From positions 40,830 to 104,829 of the forward strand of contig JBDKUN010000065.1 in the NCBI GenBank assembly GCA_039679675.1: a stretch of 64,000 nt of DNA, given 5' to 3'. Made by a program: the position numbers and the translations under genes. The DNA comes from Armatimonadota bacterium (GTDB lineage: Bacteria > Armatimonadota > UBA5829 > DTLH01). A model generated the notes under the pieces. The model saw only the letters and a list, made by a program, of their open reading frames with translations, searched no databases and was not told where the DNA came from. Below are positions 57,146-64,000 of the stretch, piece by piece. Each line of letters starts with the position of its first letter. Positions within the stretch are counted from its first letter, which is position 1.

Positions 57146-58216
57146 ATGAAGAAAGTTATCGTTATTGTTACTTTGTTCGCGATAGCAGTAACCTCAGTTT
57201 CATGGGCAAATTCACGAACAGCATCGAAGCCCGAAGTCAACGGCCTTTTAGGGCTGATACCCATTCCAGCCAACAACCCTCAGACACCGGCAAAGATAAG
57301 TTTGGGTAAACAGCTCTTTTTCGATACGAGGCTTTCCTCGAACGACACCGTAAGCTGCGCAACATGCCATAATCCTGCCGAGTATTGGGCGGACAGGACT
57401 CCGGTTTCAGCAGGCGTCGTGCACAGGCTGGGTAAACGCAACACACCAACAATTCTTAACGCGGGATACAGCGTTCCGCAGTTCTGGGATGGTCGGGCAG
57501 TATATCTTGAGAAACAGGCAGTCGGGCCTGTCGCCAACCCGCTTGAGATGGACCTTCCAATGCCGGACCTTATTGCGAGGCTCAATGCCATTCCAGGCTA
57601 CCGCTCGCAGTTCATATCGGTCTTCGGCACGGAAGCCAATGAAAACAATATTGCAATGGCTATTGCTTCGTTCGAGCGCACCATCGTGAACGGGAATTCT
57701 CCTTACGATGAATATCTGAGAGGCAATAAAAAGGCCATGAGCAAGTCCGCTCTGCGCGGGATGAAGCTCTTCAGCGGCAAAGGCGGATGCAGCGACTGCC
57801 ACAGCGGGCCGTATTTCAGCGATTCGGACTATCACAACCTCGGAATCGGCTATAAAAACGGCCACTACCTGGACGTCGGGCGCTACGATGTGACAAAGAA
57901 CCCGAAAGACATGGGGGCATTCAAGACACCGACCCTCAGAAACGCCGCAATGACACCTCCGTATATGCATGATGGGTCAGAAAAGACCTTGATGGATGTC
58001 ATCAACCTTTATGTCCGTGGAGGAATACCAAATCCGCACCTAGACCCGAAAATAAAGCCACTGCACCTTACGAACGCAGAAAAAACGGACCTGGTGGCAT
58101 TCATAAAGTCGCTGACAGGCAAACCTGTCCTGGTTAGCCCGCCGCAATTGCCCAAATCTTATACTGGGCAGGAAGATCGATTCATGACCCGGTATAACAG
58201 CATACTTCAGCCTTAA
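57146..58216 (+). CDS. Di-heme cytochrome c peroxidase (bCcP/MauG family)
   Basis: CATCH and CSDCH; RNTPT, QFWDGRA, FKTPTLRN, PYMHDG. Confidence 0.92.
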   Translation: MKKVIVIVTLFAIAVTSVSWANSRTASKPEVNGLLGLIPIPANNPQTPAKISLGKQLFFDTRLSSNDTVSCATCHNPAEYWADRTPVSAGVVHRLGKRNTPTILNAGYSVPQFWDGRAVYLEKQAVGPVANPLEMDLPMPDLIARLNAIPGYRSQFISVFGTEANENNIAMAIASFERTIVNGNSPYDEYLRGNKKAMSKSALRGMKLFSGKGGCSDCHSGPYFSDSDYHNLGIGYKNGHYLDVGRYDVTKNPKDMGAFKTPTLRNAAMTPPYMHDGSEKTLMDVINLYVRGGIPNPHLDPKIKPLHLTNAEKTDLVAFIKSLTGKPVLVSPPQLPKSYTGQEDRFMTRYNSILQP

Positions 58217-58268
58217 AATGGGAAGATACGGTAGTAAGAACTAAGCTGCTAGGCAGGAGTTACACGCC

Positions 58269-59222
58269 ATGGATAAAAATGAGCTTATAGAAATGTATCA
58301 CCAGATGGTCCTGATCCGCAAGTTCGAGGAAAGGGCCGGTGAGTTGTATAAGATGGGAAAAATCGGCGGATTCCTTCACCTGTATATCGGGCAGGAAGCC
58401 GTAGCCGTGGGGTTTATCTCATCGCTCAAGCCCGACGACTATGTAATCAGCGCGTACCGGGAGCACGGCCAGGCGCTCACTAAAGGAATTGAGCCCCGCC
58501 GGGTGATGGCGGAGCTTTACGGCAAGCGCACGGGAGTGTCTCATGGAAAAGGCGGCTCGATGCACATGTTCGATGTCGAAAAACACTTCATGGGCGGTGA
58601 CGGTATAGTGGGAAGCGGAATGCCGCTCGCCACAGGGATGGGATTCGCCATCAACTACCGCGAGACAGACCAGGTATGCCTCTGTTTTTTCGGTGACGGA
58701 GCGGTAAACGAAGGAGCATTCCACGAATCGCTCAACCTGGCCTCGCTCTGGAACCTTCCCGTGCTCTATGTCTGCGAGAACAACCTGTATGGAATGGGCA
58801 CTGCCGTTGACCGGGCTTCATCAATTCCGGAACTGTTCCGCCGCGCCCAGTGCTACGACCTGGAGGTCGAAAGCATCGATGGCATGGACCTTCTGGCGGT
58901 CAAGGAAGCAGCGGAGCGAGGTATACGGCTGGTTCGGCGCGACAAGAGGCCGAGATTCATCGAAGCGGTTACTTACAGGTATCGAGGCCACTCCATAGCC
59001 GACCCCGGGACCTACCGGACAAAGGAAGAGATACAAGAGTGGGAAAAGCGCGACCCTATCTCCAAATTCGCGAATTACCTGTTAAAAGAAAACCTGGCAA
59101 CGCAGGGAGATGTGGATTCGATAGACGCCGAGATCACTGAGATAATCGACGACGCCGTAAGCTACGCCGAAGAATCCCATGAGCCGACCTTTGACGAGCT
59201 TTTCGAGAATGTTTATGCATAA
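58269..59222 (+). CDS. pdhA: Pyruvate dehydrogenase E1 alpha
   Basis: GFLHLYIGQEA, GKGGSMH, GDGA..ENN, YRYRGHS. Confidence 0.93.
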   Translation: MDKNELIEMYHQMVLIRKFEERAGELYKMGKIGGFLHLYIGQEAVAVGFISSLKPDDYVISAYREHGQALTKGIEPRRVMAELYGKRTGVSHGKGGSMHMFDVEKHFMGGDGIVGSGMPLATGMGFAINYRETDQVCLCFFGDGAVNEGAFHESLNLASLWNLPVLYVCENNLYGMGTAVDRASSIPELFRRAQCYDLEVESIDGMDLLAVKEAAERGIRLVRRDKRPRFIEAVTYRYRGHSIADPGTYRTKEEIQEWEKRDPISKFANYLLKENLATQGDVDSIDAEITEIIDDAVSYAEESHEPTFDELFENVYA

Positions 59223-59234
59223 GGAGCTCCAATT

Positions 59235-60335
59235 ATGGCTGTGATGATGTACCGACAAGCGTTGAACCTGGCGCTTCGCGAGGAGATGAGGCGCGACCCC
59301 GATATCTTTATCATAGGTGAAGATATTGCGCAGTATCAGGGAGCATATAGAGTAACGGAAGGGCTTTTGCAGGAGTTCGGGGAGAAAAGAGTGCTGGATA
59401 CTCCGATCTCGGAGGAAGCCATCGTCGGCGTAGGAAACGGCGCGGCGATGCTGGGACTCCGCCCGGTCGTCGAGATGATGACGGTGAACTTCTCGCTCCT
59501 TGCGATGGACCAGATAGTAAACCATTCATCCAAACTCAGATATATGTCCGGCGGGCAGATCAAAATCCCGCTTACCATTCGAGCGCCGCAGGGCGCGGGA
59601 ATGCAACTCGGAGCACAGCACTCGCAAAACTTTGAGTCCTGGTTCATGCATATCCCAGGGCTGAAAGTAGTCGCACCGGCGACGCCGTACGATGCCAAAG
59701 GGCTCCTGAAATCGGCGATAAGGGATGATAATCCCGTTATTTTCCTTGAGCACGAGATGCTCTACACGACGAAAGGCGAAGTCCCTGATGAAGAGTACAC
59801 AGTACCCATCGGCAAGGCTGATATCAAGAGGGAAGGCCGGGATGTCACTATAATCACATATCTCAGGATGACTGCCGTGTCGCTCGCAGCCGCACACGCG
59901 CTTGCAACGGAAGGGATCGAGGCGGAAGTCATAGACCTGAGGTCGCTTCGCCCAATGGATACCGAGATGCTCGTTGAATCGCTCAAAAAAACCCACCGGG
60001 CCATAGTCGTGGAAGAAGACTGGCCTATGTGCGGAGTAGGTGCCGAGGTGATAGCACGGCTTCAGGAGGCTGCGTTCGACTATTTTGATGCGCCGATCAC
60101 GCGAGTCACCCTGGAAGATGTTCCCATGCCTTATTCCAAGAACCTTGAGCGGTCGGCAATCCCGAACGAGGAGAAGATTGCGAACGCCGTCCGCTGCGTG
60201 GTTGGCCGCGAGTGCCGCGATATAAGGGGGAAAATGCTCGAAGAAGCACGCCAGACCCGCGAAGAGCTTGAAGAAGAGGAAGAAGAGGAGCAGGAGGTAA
60301 CAAATGTCCGACATCATAATGCCCAAGATGAGTGA
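59235..60335 (+). CDS. pdhB: Pyruvate dehydrogenase E1 beta with acidic C-terminal extension
   Basis: DTPISE, GAQHSQ, PGLKVV, IDLRSLRP. Confidence 0.93.
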   Translation: MAVMMYRQALNLALREEMRRDPDIFIIGEDIAQYQGAYRVTEGLLQEFGEKRVLDTPISEEAIVGVGNGAAMLGLRPVVEMMTVNFSLLAMDQIVNHSSKLRYMSGGQIKIPLTIRAPQGAGMQLGAQHSQNFESWFMHIPGLKVVAPATPYDAKGLLKSAIRDDNPVIFLEHEMLYTTKGEVPDEEYTVPIGKADIKREGRDVTIITYLRMTAVSLAAAHALATEGIEAEVIDLRSLRPMDTEMLVESLKKTHRAIVVEEDWPMCGVGAEVIARLQEAAFDYFDAPITRVTLEDVPMPYSKNLERSAIPNEEKIANAVRCVVGRECRDIRGKMLEEARQTREELEEEEEEEQEVTNVRHHNAQDE

Positions 60336-61641
60336 TGCTATGGAAGAAGGCAAGGTCCTTCGTTGGATAAAGCAGCCAGGCGACGATGTGCAAAAGGGAG
60401 AACCCATCGCCGAGATAGAAACGGATAAAGCAAATGTGGAGATCGAAGCTACGGACTCGGGTGTTTTATCCGAAATCCGTATTCCTGAAGGCGAGTCTGT
60501 ACCTATAGGCACGCCGATAGCAGTAGTATTGCCTGCCGGTGAGATTGCAGGTGTGAAAGGCGGGGCAGCGCCCCCGGCTCCGCCCGAAGAACGGAAAGAA
60601 GAGGTAAAGCCTCCGCCCGCACCGAGAGTAGAAGAACGCCCGGAAGCACCGCGTGTTGTCGAGCCTGCGCCGCCACCTCCACCAACGGCTGCGGCACCTC
60701 CACGGCTTGAAGAAGAGGAATTCAAGGTATCTCCGCTTGCACGCAAGATAGCAAGAGACGCAGGTGTCGACCTGCGGGAGATAAAAGGAACCGGCCCAGG
60801 AGGAAGGATAGTCGAGTCCGATGTGAGATCGTTCATCGAAGGAGGAGCAAGACCCCGTCCGGCTGCAGAGGAAGAAGCTCCAGCAGTCCCGGCTCCCACG
60901 CCTGCAGCTACCGCACCGCAGATAGCCGCACAAGCCCCTGGCCCACCGGCGCTTGTGACGAGAGAGATGACAGTAGGCAGGATTTGGGAGTCCGTTGGCA
61001 AGCGCATGACCGAAAGCAAACAGCAGACCCCTCACTTCTATGTAACGACAGAAGTCGATATGGATGAAGCGCTCCGGGTACGGGAATGGATGAACAAAAG
61101 CCGTCCAGAAGACCACCAGATCTCCGTAAACGATATAATCGTAAAGGCCTGTGCAATTGCGCTTGTAAAGCACCCTATTATCAATGCGTCTTACGGCGGC
61201 GACAATAAGATAACGCTGCACCCGGAGGTGAACATCGGTATAGCGGTAGCTATTCCCGAAGGATTGATAACCCCGGTAGTCCGAAACTGCGAGAAAAAGT
61301 CTCTTTCAACTATCTCGGACGAGGCCAAAGACTTAGTAGCCCGGACAAGAAGCGGCCAGATCAGGCCGGAGGAATACTCTGGAGGCACGTTCACTGTGAC
61401 AAATATGGGAATGTACGATGTAGAAGAGTTTTCGGCTATTATAGTGCCTCCGCAGGCCGTTATCCTGGCTGCCGGAGCGGCAACACCCAAGCCTGTTGCG
61501 GTGGATAACTCAATAGAAATAAGGCACATGATGCGGATCACAGCCTCAGCTGACCATCGTGTAGCAGACGGCGCGCGCGTTGCAGAGTTCCTGAAGGATG
61601 TTAAGCAGTCTCTTGAATCACCAATGACTTTGCTCGAATAA
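60304..61641 (+). CDS. pdhC: Dihydrolipoamide acetyltransferase E2
   Basis: Lipoyl ETDKA, SPLARK E3-binding domain, DHRVADG. Confidence 0.93.
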   Translation: MSDIIMPKMSDAMEEGKVLRWIKQPGDDVQKGEPIAEIETDKANVEIEATDSGVLSEIRIPEGESVPIGTPIAVVLPAGEIAGVKGGAAPPAPPEERKEEVKPPPAPRVEERPEAPRVVEPAPPPPPTAAAPPRLEEEEFKVSPLARKIARDAGVDLREIKGTGPGGRIVESDVRSFIEGGARPRPAAEEEAPAVPAPTPAATAPQIAAQAPGPPALVTREMTVGRIWESVGKRMTESKQQTPHFYVTTEVDMDEALRVREWMNKSRPEDHQISVNDIIVKACAIALVKHPIINASYGGDNKITLHPEVNIGIAVAIPEGLITPVVRNCEKKSLSTISDEAKDLVARTRSGQIRPEEYSGGTFTVTNMGMYDVEEFSAIIVPPQAVILAAGAATPKPVAVDNSIEIRHMMRITASADHRVADGARVAEFLKDVKQSLESPMTLLE

Positions 61642-61788
61642 GCTGATTTTGTCAGAATAAAATAAATATTAGCCCATATAATGCGCTTAAAGTATGAATA
61701 AATTTGGGAACCATTTCGTTGGCAGAGTCGTATAGAAAGTAGAAAGAGACCAGAAACATCTTTTTCTCCTTTCACCTCCTTTCCTCTG

Positions 61789-61832
61789 GCTCTGGTTCAA
61801 AGAGCACGGCTTTGAACCAGAGCTGATTTTTT
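61789..61832. terminator. Intrinsic terminator between convergent pdhC and the GH gene
   Basis: 14-bp stem GCTCTGGTTCAAAG/CTTTGAACCAGAGC followed by a T tract. Confidence 0.8.
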
Positions 61833-61841
61833 GTACGGAGG

Positions 61842-64000
61842 TTACTTCCCATGCGGTTTCAGTATCAGTTTGAACTTCTCACCGAACCTGGCTCGGCCGT
61901 TTGCATAAAGCGTCAAGACGACATCTGTCGGCGACTTCAGACCGGCTTTAGCCAATGTTACATTAGCTACTTTGGCAGGCTGTAAATGCCCTACGCTCTT
62001 CGTCAGCGGAGTGCTCAGCTTGTTTATCCCTTCCACTGATACGAAGACTCCGCCTTTACCTCTGGATGCAATCCATTTTGCTTCGCCGAGATTTCTAAGC
62101 TCGACCATTGCAATGACGGGCTTGTTTGGATCGACCTCGACGATTCCGCCTTTCTCAACAGAGACCCATTTTCCATCGGCATTCATAACTTTGACGGAGT
62201 CTATTGCCCCGTCCAGATATTTTAGCGGGCTAGACCCGCTAAAAGCTACGTTACCCACAGCAGTAAGCGGACAATTTGCGGAATCAGAACCTGTAGCGAT
62301 AGTTTTTAGGCCCAGTGTCTTGCCGTTGGCAACCGATTTCCAATACTCAGCGCCCACTTTGCCGTATATGCCTGCAACTCCATCGGTATGCTTGTCGCGG
62401 TCGAACACTATCCAATAGTCCGGCGTCTTATGACTTTTTATCGCCATGAACTTCGGTCCAAGCTTTCGTATGACCTTTGTCACCGCGCGGTCGCTGCCGT
62501 CCGGCTCTATCACGCCGTAATCGCTACGCTCATTGACTCTGTATCCGCCCGGATACCACCAGAAAAAGACACCGTTGGCTTCGGATTCTATAAGCAGCCG
62601 GTAAAAATCCTCGTATACACCAGCTACGAGCTGGAGCGAACCAGCTGTATTCGCCATCCTTGAGTTGTCCCAGGAGCTTTGACCGGATTCCGCCCATATC
62701 ATAGGCGTACCAGGTGATGCCCACCTTGCATAGGCTGTCTCGAACATGCCGGGTTTCGTATTTTCCCAGCTGCCTCTGCGCCCATAAGCCTCCGGGGCGA
62801 GAAAATCCACACCCGCCGCCAGATATGGGAAGTCGTAGGTTATCCGCCCACCCCATTTATATGTCGGGTTTGCTGCCTCAGCCATTCTGAAGCTCACGAA
62901 ATGGTTCGGGTCTACAGTGCGTATCAACTGTCTTGCCCCACCATATGTCTTATACAGCAAAAAGTCCAGGAATTTCCTGTATGCAGCAACCATCACCCGC
63001 CAATCACCATCTTTATCAATTTGATCAGGCAGCGGGTTTGTGACTTTGCCGTTTTTATCCCTTGGTATAGAATAACTCCAGTTTTTCTCGGCGTTTGCTA
63101 TGCTGCCATACCGCTCGATGACCCATTTTTCCCAGTCAGAATCCCAGTATTTGCGCTCGTTTTGGTCGCCGAAGCTCGGCTCCCAGGCTATGTCATAGGC
63201 AAAGACTGCATCATTATCAGCAAGTCTGTTGAGATCTATGATACTCTTGATCTTCTCCCACTCGAATTTATACGGAAGTCCCGGCCTAAGCCCCACATTT
63301 GCCTTAAGTCCGAGCATATCAGCACGGCGGAGAAGATCCGCGAGGTTTTGTGTGTCAGCGCTGTTGTCATAGCAGAATATACTTATGGAATTGAATCCCA
63401 TATCCTTAACATGCCGCAGATCACGTTCAATCACTTGAGGATCGTAAGCCATCTTGCCGAGCCAGTATTCGAAGTTATAGTTATCTTCCCAGCCGATGCC
63501 GGATGAAGGCATATAGTTGATGCCATGAGCCCGCCAAGTCTTGCCGTCCAGCATGAACTCACCGTCTTTGATGGTTACAAAGTGCTTTACCTTCTTCGGA
63601 ACCCATACATTAGCCGTATGGACAGTCCTATCTATGACTTCGCCGTTAGAAACAAGCTCAGTGGTAACTGAAAAGCCGTCTTTGGACCATTTCACCGGCT
63701 TGAATGATTCCTCGACTGGTGTCACCCCACCCGGTTTTACTGCAACAGGCCACTTGAACTCATGCTCTTCCTTAGTGGCAGGATCTATAACAGTGACTCT
63801 TGCTTCAAGATTAGCTCTATTGTCTGTTGAAAGGTTCGCTATACGTGCACCTGCTTTTATACTCTGACCTTCGAAGTAGGTATAGTGGTCTGTTCCTCCG
63901 TCCAGTATAAATGCACGGTCATTCATCCTTTTAGCGATGCTTCCGATGCACTTTATCACTGATGGAGACCTGTACCATTCCTTGTCACCTATTCCGAATG
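61842..64000 (-). CDS. 5'-truncated large glycoside hydrolase, clan GH-A TIM barrel (GH5/GH42-like)
   Basis: Frame open to the window edge; GINYMP, GFNSI, YDIAWEP (acid/base), WAESG (nucleophile), FWWYPG. Confidence 0.7.
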   Translation of the reverse strand, partial: FGIGDKEWYRSPSVIKCIGSIAKRMNDRAFILDGGTDHYTYFEGQSIKAGARIANLSTDNRANLEARVTVIDPATKEEHEFKWPVAVKPGGVTPVEESFKPVKWSKDGFSVTTELVSNGEVIDRTVHTANVWVPKKVKHFVTIKDGEFMLDGKTWRAHGINYMPSSGIGWEDNYNFEYWLGKMAYDPQVIERDLRHVKDMGFNSISIFCYDNSADTQNLADLLRRADMLGLKANVGLRPGLPYKFEWEKIKSIIDLNRLADNDAVFAYDIAWEPSFGDQNERKYWDSDWEKWVIERYGSIANAEKNWSYSIPRDKNGKVTNPLPDQIDKDGDWRVMVAAYRKFLDFLLYKTYGGARQLIRTVDPNHFVSFRMAEAANPTYKWGGRITYDFPYLAAGVDFLAPEAYGRRGSWENTKPGMFETAYARWASPGTPMIWAESGQSSWDNSRMANTAGSLQLVAGVYEDFYRLLIESEANGVFFWWYPGGYRVNERSDYGVIEPDGSDRAVTKVIRKLGPKFMAIKSHKTPDYWIVFDRDKHTDGVAGIYGKVGAEYWKSVANGKTLGLKTIATGSDSANCPLTAVGNVAFSGSSPLKYLDGAIDSVKVMNADGKWVSVEKGGIVEVDPNKPVIAMVELRNLGEAKWIASRGKGGVFVSVEGINKLSTPLTKSVGHLQPAKVANVTLAKAGLKSPTDVVLTLYANGRARFGEKFKLILKPHGK

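Noticed and set aside
59526..61019. 497-aa minus-strand ORF, and similar long antisense ORFs (11834-12949, 17741-18496, 23448-24287, 47546-48349)
   Set aside because: Shadow frames of well-supported genes on the opposite strand, with no recognisable motifs.

Overview
A 64-kb bacterial chromosomal segment. The likely source is Armatimonadota-like (inference from a lineage-typical secreted-protein motif). I found no rRNA, tRNA, CRISPR array or intact IS. Housekeeping blocks are xerD-deoB, galE-thrS-infC-rpmI-rplT-pheST, a trpBADCF operon with a classical Trp leader-peptide attenuator, a hut pathway (hutH, hutU, hutI, ftcD), pdhABC, an ArsR/thioredoxin/CcdA/ArsP cluster and an ABC efflux pump. 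Two candidate uncharacterised systems stand out. (1) A 3.6-kb cassette bounded by 142-bp direct repeats (42220-46144). It encodes an ADP-ribose-sensing NrtR repressor, a short major vault protein (MVP)-like protein, a macrodomain and an ADP-ribosylglycohydrolase, which suggests a bacterial 'mini-vault' coupled to ADP-ribose turnover. (2) A locus (4519-10147) with an unannotated 28-aa secreted-peptide gene, two membrane HD-GYP proteins (one with an inserted rubredoxin-like knuckle, one degenerate) and a DUF5317 protein that looks like a membrane aspartic peptidase, which suggests peptide signalling wired to c-di-GMP. Also present: two REP-like palindrome families, a tandem duplication inside the hut operon, an AT-rich array of orphan small ORFs and several pseudogenes. 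Family assignments come from motifs recognised by eye; no searches were run.
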